A stretch of 64,000 nt of DNA, taken from assembly GCA_965113315.1 (NCBI GenBank), contig OZ220368.1; one strand, given 5' to 3'. The stretch's first letter is position 1. Each line of letters begins with the position of its first letter. Shown here piece after piece: positions 23,140-37,761 of the stretch. Under the pieces are notes generated by a model. The model saw only the letters and a list, made by a program, of their open reading frames with translations. It did no database searches and was not told the DNA's origin. This DNA comes from Podarcis vaucheri. Its lineage: Eukaryota. The translations under genes and the position numbers were made by a program.

Positions 23140-26100
23140 CTACAAAAATAGAAAGATTTGCTGGTCAGCCTAACTAGAAGTATAAAAAAATATTACTTGT
23201 GAGTACAAACCCAACTGCACTGATATGGCTGGGATACCAGCAAGCGGCACCCATTTCACCAGCTGGTACCAGCGCTCATTTCTAGAATGAGAATGCCCCC
23301 CCATGTCTTTATACCCTGGGCAGTGCCTGTTACCCGATGAACTCTTTTATACATACAACTTTGCAGTTTGTGAGGAAGGTATCTTATTACAAAAATGCCT
23401 AATCCCACTGAATACAGTTCAAAACTATGCATAAAATGGGCCCATTGCAGCAAAACGACAACAAAATTGTGTGGTATCTTAAAGAGCCACAAATTTCATT
23501 ACGGCACAAGCTACTGTGAACTACAGTACTTTTCAGATGCACCTGCAGCTCCCTAAAGCTTATGGCTCGCTGAAGATTTCATAGCATTTAAGATGTCATG
23601 AGGCTTGCTTTATTATAATATGAAGCCCTTTACAATAAAGCCTTATTTGAAAGATGAAAGCTATTTAAACTCTGTCTAATTAGGCCTTCTTCCTTTCGAT
23701 TTAAGGAAAAGTTTCTAGCTTGACATAAACCTTTTGTATATGGAGGATGACAGAATTGTGGTGAACTTTTAAGTGCTATATAACGAGTATTTCCCCCCCC
23801 ATAAAGTTTTGAATACAGCATTCCCGTACAGAAGTCCATAAGAACATGCATTAAAAAAAAAATTGTGAACATTTTTAAATGTAAAAAGGTGAGCATGAAA
23901 ATGTAATTTGGGGAGGAAAGATCTGTGGGTCATTATTCAGAGATCCTCTGCTACAATAAAGAGCCCTAGATATTGTCAGTTTCAGAGGTATGGTTAAAAA
24001 AACACACCAAAATGCCGTAACACGCAAAAGGCCTAAGCTTATGCAAGGCTATTACTTATTTCCCAAAACTAGGGAGCAGAACTTGCCAAACAAAACAAAA
24101 AAGGTATGGTGTACTTCTGCACACACGGAAGCAAGACCAACAGCTTTGACATCCCGACTTATGGGCTATATGCTATCATGAGCACAAAGAATATATGGAG
24201 AATTTTTGCTTGCTTTCCGAGCAAAATATTTTTTATCAACCTCTCTCTGCAGCAGAGTACTAGGGACAACAATCTGAAAAGCTAGAATGTATTTGTCATC
24301 TAACAAATTTCTATCCTGCCTTTTAGAAAAAGTCTCACAAGGTGGCAAACAATATAAACGATAAAATATACAAAATATTCCAATCAAACACAGAAAAACA
24401 GTACAAGAATTTCCCAAGAATACCAGACACAAGAATGAGTATGTCTTTTTTTTGGCTGCCTGTGGGTTGCATGGTGCCCAACCCTGAGCAAAAGGGTGCA
24501 TTTCACATTTTCTTCTCTCAAGTCTATGAAGTAATTATAGCATGCTACTGTACCTACCATCCATGAAATTATGCAGAGCATTTAGCATTGTCGCATCCTG
24601 GGGTACATAGGCTGAGTAGCCCATTTCTTCTAACATTGGTGGAGAAAGCCTGGAAGGCTGGACTGTTGTAATAGGAGTAGACGAAGAGTGATTGGGGCTA
24701 ACGTGTTTCTTGTGGCGTGCTCTGCAGTTTTGAAACCACACCTAGGCACAAAATGGAAAGACACAAAAAGATGCACATCGTATTCGTTATCTGGCATTTA
24801 ACTACATCAAAGAAACAAAGTATTTAAAACCACTGAGGGCCTCTTCCATATAAATGCCAGTGCAACTTTTTCCCTGTGTGTGCTCTTTACTGAGGCCAGG
24901 TAGACCCAAATTAAAAAATAAGATACATCGAACTTTAGTACAAGCAACAAGTTGGGGGAGCTTCTAACGTGGGCTCCTGGTGTCATTGTTCACCACGGGT
25001 CACTAATCACTCACATTGCTGCTGGCACATGCAAGACAACCCTAAATTATGTTCCTTCAGCAATGTGAAAGTATGTGATGGAAGACATTAGATGTGCATT
25101 TTCTTCCTAAAGAAACAAAAAAAAAAAATCAATGTTTCAGGACTGCTGTAAAAGACATCACACAAGGTCTACTCTAGCTAAGGAATACTGATCAATAGAA
25201 AAACTGTTCTTTGGAGCTTTATGCTGCTGAGAAGCTCTGCTCACAGTACTTGTGAAGTAACTGCAGTACAGTTACCTGTATCACACGCCTGCTCAAGCCT
25301 GTTCTTTCTGCCAGTTTTTGGAGTGTTTGTGCATCTGGATTGTTGTCCTGAGCAAACTGTGCTTGCATTACCTGGAAAATGCAAGAAGTATTTTTTTATT
25401 TTTAAACTGTTTTTTTTTAACGTACTAGCCAGACTGCATAAGTAACAAGATGCAGTCATATAGCTCCAACCTCCAACAGCAGTTTGAGGAGTGCATTGTC
25501 CACATAAAAGACTTCTAAACCACATCAAGGCAGGCTAAGCTAACCCAATGACCAGATTAGCTCCAGCACTAGAATACAACATTACGTGAAAGAAAGAAAA
25601 AAAATCAAAGCAAGATTCCAGCTCATTTGTTACTAAGAGCTGGTTTCATGTGACGACATCATCATTATTCATTCAGATCATATCCATTTTATATGACACT
25701 TGTATTACAAAAATGCACCTTCATGTGGCAAGAACTAGTTGTTGCCCTATCACGGCCTCCTTTACAAAATGTCTGCAAATATGAACAATGTTAGTATGAA
25801 ACAGAAGGCAGAAGAAATTAGGAATGGCTATACTAATTTTTGCAAAGGCAAGTCGCATTAAGGCACGTTCATAGCACATATACACCACTGGACATGGTTA
25901 AACGTAACCTCTTGGTGGAGTTACCATGCCCAAAAGTGTACTGTGTGAATCCTACTGCGAAATGATTTTTGAAAATTAGCTTTTACTTCTTTCAGGAGCT
26001 TATTCAAGTTGAAAGTGGATTTTTGATTAGTGTACATTATTGTTAATTTGATCTTTAGTTCTGCACTGATAGTTCAGGAAAGCACAGACAAACTATAGTA

Positions 26101-29100
26101 TGTCATAAGCCTTTTCAGATTATCATTATAAGAGAGATAAAGGGCCATTACTTTACATTTTTTGAATGAAAACCTCATGGCCATTTTGGTGTGGAAGGAT
26201 TGAAGTTTCATTGAGTCAAGATACTTCTACACCTAGCTGTAAACTACTGGAGTTACTGATGGTTGGGTAGACAAGTCAACTGAATATTCAGTTGTTGATA
26301 TCAGAACCCCAAGTTATGACTTATATAAACTCAAATGGTCAATATTGTAACTGGACTTCCCCTTCCTTTCCTTCCCTGTGTCCCAAAATCTGCTCCAGAG
26401 AGTTGGGGGACACTACAAATATTTGAGGTGGTGCAGAGAGCTACAGGGTGAGTGAAAAAAGGGAAGTCCTGTTACAAGAACAGAAATCTGTTGCACAATG
26501 GGATGAACATCACTAGATGCAACACAATGGGCTGAACCCAGAGCTACATGAGTGAATTTTCATGCATGAAATATTCCTACCCCTATAAAGGGCAAGGAAA
26601 TGAGATTCTTGTCAATTCCATTAACCACTGCAGTCCTTTGATAAAATTGCCAAATAACAACTCCAAATTAAAAAGTATTACATGAGTTTAAGGCAATTAA
26701 ATGTTTACTACCTTAAAATTATTTGGTATTTTTAGATGTGGAAAAAGAGGTGCTGTTTACAATTTTAAAAGTAGAAGAACTATACCATGGGTAGGCAAAC
26801 TAAGGCCCAGGGGCCAGATCCAGCCAGTGGACAGTCCTGGAATCAGCATGTTTTTACATGAGTAGAATGTGTTCTTTTATTTAAAATGCATCTCTGGGTT
26901 ATTTGTGGGGCATAGAAATTCATTCTCCCCACCCCCTCAATATAGTCCAGCCCCCCACAAAGTCTGAGGAACAGTGGGCTGGCCCCCTGCTGAAAAAGTT
27001 TGCTGACCCCTGAACTAGACTCAGTGCATAAATAGTCCTATGGCTCAGATCAAAACACCTGTTTACGCACACGCAAGTGCTTTCCTGAATCTGCTGAAGC
27101 TAACCTATGTCGTATCGCCTGAGCAAAACTTCAAATACTGCTTCTGAAGCTCCTGTGGTATTATTTAACAGATGCTGGTAGAGGTGAGGAAAAGCTGTTT
27201 TGAGGGCTAAAAGCTCTGCTGTACATATGGAGCTTCCTGTGTATCCATTGCACTACCTGTTGCAACATTAAGGCTGCAGGTCTTATGCCTGTTTACATGG
27301 CAGTAAGCCTCACAGAACTCAGTGGACTTACATCTAAGTGGACATGTATAGGACTATATGGAAGGCAATTTTAACATTCTGAACAGACAGGCCATTGCTT
27401 CTCACTAAAAACTTAAACAGCCACTTTTATATGCACATAATAATGTGGATGTTATAATCCAAAACTAGGTTATTTCCCACATATGTAAGTAATACCAAAT
27501 GGATTACACCAGAAATAAATATTTTGAATAGGAACTGAAAACTTTTATGCCAGCAAACTTTAGATTAATTTCCCCCTTTTTCTGTTGCTCAATTTTTGCT
27601 TTCTAATTGCTTTTTATCAATAGAAATGTACCTTATCCTGTTTTATTAGAATGCTTTTAATTTTAAGAGATTGTAAACCAATGTGGAAGTTGGCATTTTG
27701 CCTTAAAAGGGGCAACTTAAGATTCAATGCGCATTGGATTTATTTATGCTTATTTGGGAGCAATGGTACTAAGCTACTGGACAAGAATGAATTATAAAGC
27801 AGAAAGTGGAAATAGGCAGGTGCTAGAGTGGTTGTGATAAGGAACTGCAAGTTTATCTACCACAGAATAAAAGTAGTTAACGGAACTCAGGGGTAGCATA
27901 GGAGAATGTGACATGTTCCTTTTCTACTAACATTGTTGCAATGCAATCCCCCCCCCCCCGAGCACAAAGACATCGGTTTTGCAAAGTTCATACTGACCCC
28001 ACCATTGCTAAGCTTCAGCCTCTGCTGATCTGAACATGACAGTGATGCCTGTGCTGAAAAGCCATGGTTTTGATTGCCACTTGGGTTTGGCGGCTATGGT
28101 GAAATGCAAGACACTGAAAATATCTGTTTCCTGTAAAGTTATATTCTGCACATTTTCTAGTACTTCTCTTCATGTTACACAGAATTGAAACTATTTAGTC
28201 TCCTATTATAATTATGTGTAGTGATGGAAATGTCTGGTTTAATGAATTTCATCAAGTAGTCAAAACAGATCAGCATTTACATTTCCACTTTACAGAATTA
28301 CCAAGCTGCCTTCTGGGAAACAGAAACGCTGAAGAGTAACTATTTCACATGGAACAACAGCTAACACTTGCAAGAATATTCCAGAAACATGCTGTGCCCT
28401 TGACACCAGGAGAAATATCTGCAGTGGAGAGAATTTCTTCATAACCAGCTATATTTAATATAATTATTAAGTGATGCAGAGCATAAAGTCATTATCCTCC
28501 CCCCCTCCCACCCCACACCAACAACCCACAGCTGTCTTTCATTAGAGGCATTGCACCATGCCAGGGCTCTACCTGAAGCTGATCTGCTGTGAAACTGGTC
28601 CGCGCCCGTTTTGCTGGTTTTGGGTGATTAATGTCTTGTTCTGTTAGCAATGCACCTTCCATACTGATACCATTACCTGAAATTAAAAAGAAGACAAAGT
28701 CGAAGTTTTGACAGTACCAACACCAGTCATTAGTTACAGACATTACGCTAGAATAGACTTCTTGTTTTGAATATGGAATTATCAATTTTTCATTATTTTG
28801 CAACTCTACATCATTATCTTGAGTTTGTACCAGATTTGGTATTCCATTTTTTTAAGCATGTTTCAGATCAGGGTCCTGGCTGCAAGCGCAGGCCTTCATT
28901 TTTATTTGGGGCGGGGGAGGTGTAGAAGAGAATCCATGAACCACCAAACAGGAATATGACATGGCCTTGATTAAAAACCAGTTTTATTCTGAATTGAGTA
29001 GAGAGAAAGAATGCTAAATGCTATGGACATTTAAAAAAATCAAGCTCCTTATAGTTCTTGTCAAGGGCTAACTTCAGATCATTTAAACTACAATCCAAAT

Positions 29101-32100
29101 CCCAAGTGGGGAGCAGCAGAGCTTAAAAGGAGAAGTAGAGTCACCAGCAAAGCCTTGCCATTCACACTGGCTGGTGTGGAATGGGAAGGGGGAGCATGAA
29201 AGTTACTGTGGCAGAGCTGGTGCGTCAATTGGGCCATCATGTGATGGTAGTGGAGTTGGCTCAGGGTCCAGCAGATCCAGGCTGAACCCAGCCCTTCCCC
29301 AACTCTGTAACACTGCATTACGGAACTCTCCACAGTCTGCCACCAACAGAGATCTTGCTGCTGGCCTCTTCCTCCAACTAGCACATTGAGTGGGAGGGAT
29401 GGTTCTGAGGAGAGTATGGGAAAACTATAGACAATCCAACTCCCACCCCCAAACCTGTCACAAAGGGGGTTTGAATTACAGTGTAACTCTATCCGCCCAA
29501 TGAGAAATGTTTACTACACCACTTCTTCGCAACTGTGGATCAAATGGAACTACATTGCTTGGGAAGGACAAACATGTACAGTGGTACCTCTGGTTACGTA
29601 CTTAATTCGTTCCGGAGGTCCGTTCTTAACCTGAAACTGTTCTTAACCTGAAGCACCACTTTAGCTAATGGGGCCTCCTCCTGCTGCCACACTGCCACTG
29701 CACATTTTCTGTTCTCATCCTGAAGCAAAATTCTTAACCCGAGGTAATATTTCTGGGTTAGTGGAGTCTGTAACCTGAAGCATATTTAACCTGAAGCGTA
29801 TGTAACCCGAGGTACCACTGTAATGGACTTGGGATACCATGCTTTGAAAAATCTGCAAACTTCAGGAGCAACAGTGGTGCCCCCCCTTTTTTTAATGAAG
29901 TGCAAACATAGCACCACTAGCATCCACCTACAAGCAATTATGGCAATCTGAAGTGGTCTGTGTGGCACGGAGAATTTTACTTTGCCAATGCCACAGATTA
30001 AAAACATTGGAGGAAAGTGGAGGAGAGGTAAAATGCTCCTTAGACAAGAGTGAAAACTACAGATGACCAACTTCTCATGCGATTGCATGCATGCTACATT
30101 TATACATTAGTTACAGAGCAAATGATCAAGTTAATCTGGTTTCCAGAATCAACTGGGGTGTGTGTGTGTTTTCCCTCCACATGAAACAAACAAACAAACA
30201 AAAAAAAAACGGAATACAGCCTAGGGACCTAACATCAAGAAGGAGAGTTACCATTTTCAACTTCTCGTTTCAGATTATCCAACATGCAGTCATAATGTAC
30301 CCTACAGAGGACTTTCTCTTCCACCAAAGCAAACTCCTCCCCTGTGGAAAGCTGCCTTTTGCAGGAGAAGCAGGCAAAGCATGCCAGGTGATACACATTT
30401 CCCTTAGCTCTTCGGACCCAGTCAGTGGAATGGATATGCCTGCCGCAGCGAGAACAACGAGTTCCATACCGTCTGTAACAAAAGAAGGGAAGAGAAAATA
30501 GCAGCCATTCATCATACAACTGCCACTCAAGTTAGATTATGAAGCTACATTACGGGTATTATGAAGTTCATCATAAATGCTACTAGTCTCATTGAAAGCT
30601 GGGGTTTGCTTAAGTTCCACTCAACTGCTTCAGAAAAAAAGGAGGATTGCCTGACTTTGCAATTAATGTTTGAACTTTTGAGATGACGTTCCCTTATGCA
30701 TTCTTGTGGGAATCATAAGATATCTCATAAGGACAAGTCATGCCGCTTTGAGGCAAGTCAGCCCAGGAGCCCTGTTATGTCATACACATGGCGTTACATG
30801 AGATTATACCTTGATGTAGCAGGGGTATCTTTAAAAAAATTGAGTTTAATACCTGCTATCCAAGACAGGAAGTGTTGAGTCAGGCAGAACCCTACACCTT
30901 TTCATTCTATAGCTTTCTTTTAAAAAGGTGTAGGCTATTCCTCCTTACTCCATACATATATTACCATCTGTGTCCAGGAGATGATAATTTATTACCATAA
31001 AAAAAAGGAGGGCAACTAATCTCAAAACTTTGTACAATAAAAAGACCAACAAAAAAACAGCACACAAACAGCAATGAAACTACAAAATAACTCAACAGGA
31101 ACAGTCCATACAGCTAGGCAACACCATGGAAAGTTCTTTCAGCAGTCGGCTTAGACAACTAACCAAAAGAATGTGATATTCTTATGAGGTGGATAGATAC
31201 CTCTGATCTAAAGAGTTCTAAGAGTCAGTGGAACCATCAAGACCTACATTGCTTCATCAAACTCAACTATGAAAAAAACAGAGGGAAGCCATAGTAGTGT
31301 TTCCCCTCTTTAGCTCAGGCAATGGAGGGAAATATGCAGAGAACAGCTGCTCTTTCAGGTACAAAGAGCCTAGGCCAGAGGTCGGCAACGTGCGGCCCAC
31401 GCTGGCTGTTTAACTGGCCCACGAGCCACCCCAGAACTGAGCTTGGCGAGTCCTGGAGGGCTGTGCTAAACCAGCGCAGCGCGGTGTGGGGACTCACTTC
31501 TGCAGCGCCGGAAATCATGTCTGCGCACACGCAGATGCCAGAAATCGCAGGCGAGAACCCAGCCCATGGAGGGTTCTCTGCAGGACTGATCCAGGCCAGG
31601 CCAGGTAAACCGACCCCTGGCCTAGGCCATTTAGGGCATTAAAGAGGTAAAAGGTGGGGGGACGGGACGTTTGCAATACAGGCTGCATTCACATGGCGGT
31701 TCATTCCATTTTAATGACTATTAAGTTCCATATTATATTTGCATAAAATTATTTATACCTTGCCCACCCCGCTGCGTTTCCCCAGCCACTCTGGGCGGCT
31801 CCCAAGAGGTTAAAAACAGAATAAAATATCAAACATTAAAAGCTTCCCTAAACAGGGCTGCTTTCAGATAAAAGTCAGATAGTTGTTTATTTCCTTGACA
31901 TCTGATGGGAGGGCGTTCCACAGAGTGGGCACCACCACTGAGAAGGCCCTCAAATATAATTTGGAAATTACCGTATTTTTCGCCCTACAGGACGCACTTT
32001 CCCCCCTCCAAAAACGAAGGGGAAATGTGTGTGCATCCTATGGGGCGAATGCAGGCTTTCACTGAAGCCTGGAGAGCGAGAGGGGTCGGTGTGCACGGAC

Positions 32101-33113
32101 CCCTCTCGCTCTCCAGGCTTCAGGAAGCTATCCGCAAGCCTTGGGAGCCCGCGGGAGTTCCTGCCGGGCTCCCTAGGCTTGTGGATAGCAGCCTGTTCTG
32201 GGGGGTTGGGGGAAGTAATTTTTTTTCTTTATTTCCCCCCCTCCAAAAAACCCCCTAGGTGCGCCCTATGGGCCGGTGCGCCCTATAGGGCGAAAATTAC
32301 GGTAACAGGCGAATGTTGTGAAAGCAGACAGCAGAATTCTGCACCAAATGAATCCCCAAGTACAGTGCATTGCAGTAATCCAAATGAATTGTTACTAAAG
32401 CATTATAATGGCATAAGTCTGACTAGAGCCATTTTACGACAATATTTTTCTGCTGTTTAGACACTATTCCCCTCCATCGTTGGCACTGAAACAGAAGGAC
32501 AAATGAGCTGAGAATGGGAAGATGTTGAGAATTAATTCTATGACTCTCACCAGTATACAAAACAATGTCAAAAAATCAATGCAAGTGAGCACTTGGTGTA
32601 TTTCTGAAGAGCATCTCACAGTTTCACATCTGTAGGCTTCATGGATCTGATTGTCAGTTTTAAAAACTGTTTCCAAGTTCTTTCTCCTGACTTTTCAACA
32701 GACATATTAGGTGTTATTCAGGATGAAAGGCCAGGTACTTTTATTACAGTCAGAAACCCCAAGCACTTTAGATAACAAAGGGTGAGTTTCTCCTTACACC
32801 TTCAATGGCAGTAGCTTACTCTAGCAGCAAAGTATTTCCATGTTTTATCTTGGTCTGCAAAGAAGAAACGGGAGTAGTTTACTCCCCAAAGTGTTGGCAT
32901 GCAACAGAAATACTTTCCTTCTGGAGGAAACAATTGCAGTTTGCGAGAGTAGATGGAAACAGGAAGATGGCAGTAGGGCTTAATCGAAAACATTTTTTGA
33001 AGTTATAATATTGAGATTGATTTCATCAGATTGCAAGTAATTCCAGATAACTACACTCTTCCAGCCATGCTCTATCCCAGACCACTCCATGACACTGTTT
33101 GTTGGTGTGTGCA

Positions 33114-33152
<39 letters not shown>

Positions 33153-36100
33153 AACAGATCTTCTGCAGCAATTCTTTCAGTCAGGATATATGCAAGTGAC
33201 ATTAAGCACTTTGTTAGCTCAGTGGGAGAAATAGGCTACAATCCTTTAATTTCCTGTGAGTGAGTTCCATTTAAAATCCATAGGATATGCATAGGATTCT
33301 GATGTTAGATGGACTGGAAAATATTCAGCTTTGAGTATGGTCCAGCCTGTGGACCACTTGTCGTATACATGCTGCGAGTTATGCAATTAAGAAGGGGAAC
33401 TGTTCCTAAAAAGATTTATTTGGTTTCCCAATTTCTGGCATGAATACTGCAGGTTTTGTTTGTTTTGTGAAGGGCCATATTTTTTCAGATTTTTTAAATC
33501 ACTAAAAATAAACATTTTTCAATTAAAAAAAATTAAGAGGACAACAAGATGTAGAGGGAATGGTTCAAGAGCAGCTACCCAGAAAGTAGCCTAATAATGG
33601 CTACCAAATGACACTAAAGCAAGGGATAGGGAATCTCTGTCCTTTTCGGGTATCGTTGGGCTCAACTTCCAATAGTTCTTGCCAGCTCAGCCAATAGTGT
33701 GTTTCAGTTATGAGCACTGCTGTGCAAATAAGCCCTTTGTACTAGGATGTGTCCATGCACATAAAACACAAAAATTCATGGGTCTACTGTCATAGTCTTA
33801 GTATTTTGTAATTACAAGATACCACCTGCCCTATAAGAGGAAAGAAGAGCGATGGAGGGAGGCAAACAACATCAGGTCTGCTCCAGTTGACTGACCCCCT
33901 CCAATAGGGACAGTTTTACATTTCATAGTTTCATATTATAAACCACCTAGAATGCTTTGACAAAGTTGATGCATACATGCAATAAACACATACGTAAATA
34001 AAGCATAGTATACCTGAAATAGTCTAGTTTGCAGAAAACGTCTTTGTCTTTGATATAGCAGCTGGTGTGTCTTCCCAAAGAAGTCCTACATACACTGCAA
34101 GAGAGACACCGCACATGCCAGCACAAGTCATTTACCTATGAAAGGAGAAATAAATTTTACATTTGGTAGCAGTGATTTAAGCAAACTATATAAACAGGGC
34201 TTGAAGAAATAAAGTTCACAGTAATACTTAGGACTCTCAAGTGTGAGAATCCACAGATCTAAAAAGCAATCACAAATGGAATTTATAATATTACTACTAG
34301 TAGTAATAATAATAATTTTACACCCAAGAGGGGCACAATTTATCGAGAAGTTCTCCACTACAAGCCCTACTGACACAAATGAGTCATGCCAGAGCTCTGT
34401 TTAATGCAAGGAAGAAAAGCCACTTGTGGAAATCCAGAAACAGCTTCTCTCCCCAGAGGGACTGTGCATCTACAGTGACCGAACAGAACAGCACAAAAGC
34501 ATCTTAAGGGAGAACTGTTTTGTTCCTGTATTCCCCAATTTTATTTGAGGGGGTGGTTCTGTTGATTTTCCAGTCCTGCTCACACAATTCACCTGAATAA
34601 ATAAGTTAGCAGCAATGGGTTATTTATTTTCATGCAAATGAGCAATAAGTATTCGTAAGTCAGCATGGGCATAAAAGACTTGAGGCAGAGGCCAAACATA
34701 CAAACTCTGATTTAAATGTAAAGATGTGATTTTAAGGCACCTTTCAGAAGGAAACACACAAACTCTAGCTCCTGCTCTCAGGGTTTAATTTGTCTCTGGG
34801 AGAATTAAGACTGCAAGTGGCTGGAGTCTCACTGGTAATTTAGCTTTGCTTACATGGCAAACAGATATACTGCAAAGTAATATAACAAGCTTCTAAAAGG
34901 TAGAGAAGGGGCAAGTATTCTGGAGGGTGAAGCTCTCATAGGCCTCCTCCAACACCACCCCTGCTGGTCAGGCTATAACAAGGGTGACAGAATAAAAATA
35001 TAAAGGTGTAGCCTTTACTTGAGCAATTTTCAACGACATAGCACATGAAAATGAGCTAGCACAAACATGCCCCAAGTCAAAAGCTAGTCAAGACTTTGGA
35101 CACAAGTTTATATTCAAGTTATTCAAGTTATTCTAGCCTTTAGAATAAGTGTTTGTGTAAGCTTTAACAGAACATTATGGGAAGAGGGCAACATAGCATG
35201 GATGACTATGGAGCTGTTTAATCCAGAAAGGCAGTTTTAGCTGACACCATATCACCTTGAACTGCACTTAAGGGGTGAAGTTGCCCTGCAGAGCTTACCA
35301 TTTAAAGCATGAGAAAGTGAAACACTTATTCAGCTGCTTGTTTATATGAAACTTACCATGGATCATTCACAACCGTAGTAGAGGTTATCTTGCTTGGCTA
35401 CATTAAGTGATGGAGCTGATGAATGATCCATGCTCTCAAACCAAACAGCCGATGTGCAATTGTTGTTGTTGATCACATAGCAAACTATATCCTAGCTGCA
35501 TTTATTACTTGTGCTGACAAGGTAATAGACACAACCAGAGTGAATTGTGTGAACAGACATTTTTTAATCCTCTGCTAGATCAGTGGCTCCCATACTTTTG
35601 GGGGACCACTGCCCCACTGGCTTCTTCAACTCACCCCCAGTGCCCTCTATATCCTATCTTATAAAAAGCATTATTCAAAACAGTGGTTTGCACAACCCAC
35701 CAAAGATGATAACACAGTAAAACTCAAAACAGTAGTAATTTTATATTTATTCTGAAAATATAAAAAATGAATTCATAAACTCTAATCTTGTAATTTAAAG
35801 AATATATAGCAAACAATATTGCATGAACTTTTTTTTATTGCATCATTAATAAAAACAAAAGGGTGAAGGAAATCTATAGCCTAAAATATTTATATGTAGC
35901 TACTTACCAAACAAACACAAACTTTCACCTACCACAGATATACAGAAAATTATTTGTAAGGGAATCTGTTACCTATTACCAATGATTGGGTACCTTGTAA
36001 CAATTCAGAATCGTAAATAAAAACAAATGTGACCAAAGGAAATGGCTTTGAAAGTGATAAGAGCAATAAAACATGAAATACCAAGGTGGTGTTTTTTTGC

Positions 36101-37730
36101 TCTAGTGCTCTAGCCAGGCCTTTGTAAAGAAGCAATCAAAGGCTTTGGAGTGGCATACCGCCAGCACCCACCCTCACCCCCACGCCTCTTAGTCCCGTCC
36201 CCCCCGGGGAGATACCATCCACCTGGTAAACCACTGTACTAAGTTTTAATAGCAAGAATAAAGTTTTTCAGAATATTTGTAGCTCGATTGATTGTCACTT
36301 AGCTATTTGGTAATAACCCAAGATACAGAACACTAAATAGATACATTAGTTGTCCACTATGCCATTTCAAAAATGCCAACAGCCTTACTAAAAAAAGCCT
36401 ATGAAACAAGAATTTAACGTTTGATAAAGTTAGAGGGATGATCAAATCAGTGAAGTCAGATGCTGAAGGAAAACTAATAGTCCTTGATGGTAATTCATCA
36501 CTGTATTAATTTTAAAAATGAATTTTTAAAGTTCTCTGTTCTTTAAGGTGCAGTGTTGTAACTGAAAGTTTGGAGTTTTGAATCAGTTTTGAACTACCTT
36601 TGATCACATAATAGTCACGTAACTGACTTACCATGACCTTCTGAAATGAACACGATGTACACAAAAGATACATAAACAACATTGCCTAAGCCTTGAAACA
36701 GCATAAACAATCCTACCAGCTATGATTGAACCCTGCTTGCAGAGTTTACCATTGCCGATTGTCGGTGGTATTTGCTGTAACCGTATAAACATACTCCCCA
36801 TGCTAGAAAAATTTACCAGTAAGCTACAATGCAACACTCCTGTATTTGTTTCTTCAATAATGGGAAGAGGGAAAGAGTATTTGCCACATTGTTTTCCCCG
36901 GGTTGGAAACAAAGTCACATCAGTGAAAAAGATTAACTACCTAATTCACAAACAAGCATTATTCTCTCTGACTTCACCACCAGTGCTAGGAGCAGCAGTA
37001 TGGAGGGCTACGGAACATGTTCATAACAACTGAAGTCAAAGAAGCACAGAGCTTCAAGGGTCCCCGAAATCTGCTCCAACTTCCCAATGCCTCCAATGAA
37101 GAAGAGTCCACCAGCTCCCAAGGAGCCATGCTACAGTGCTGAACAGCTCGAGAGGTTTCTTCTAATGCTGAACAATTGCAATTTCACTCCATCTTGCAAA
37201 ACAGCCTCACGTCTCCCATTAATAGTCTCTCTTCTAGGGCGGCTAAACACAACCAGCTCTTTCAACCATTCCTCATAGGATTCGGCATCTAGACCCACTT
37301 TGATATCTGGATTGCTCTCCTCCGAGCACCCTCCAGCTTGGACCTCTTGATGTGCGGCACCCACAACTGGACACAGAACTCCAGATACAGCCTAATCATC
37401 ACAAGTTTGATCTGCAGCATAAACAATTAATAGTCCCATGTAGTATTACCACTTTATCCTTGCAGTCTGCATTATGTTACTTTTTAATCAGCAGTTGGAA
37501 ACATTTTTGGAGACCTCAAGCTGTTTTATGCTAAGGGTTCATTCTTCATTCAAGTGTTTGACTAGGATCTGGAAGACTAGGATTTAAATCCCCACTTGGT
37601 CATGAAGTTCAGTAGGTGGCCCTGTGCCAATCACAAACTCTCAGTCTAAACTACCTCACAGGATTGTTGTGAGAGACAAAAGGAAGGGGGGAAGAATCAT
37701 ATACATGAGCTTGAGCTCCTTGGAGAAAAT

Positions 37731-37761
<31 letters not shown>

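Noticed and set aside
24535-24557. LHX8 exon 8 read-through ending GRYSSML*
   Set aside because: A canonical donor at 24557 joins in phase to a well-conserved exon 9; there is no evidence for intron retention.
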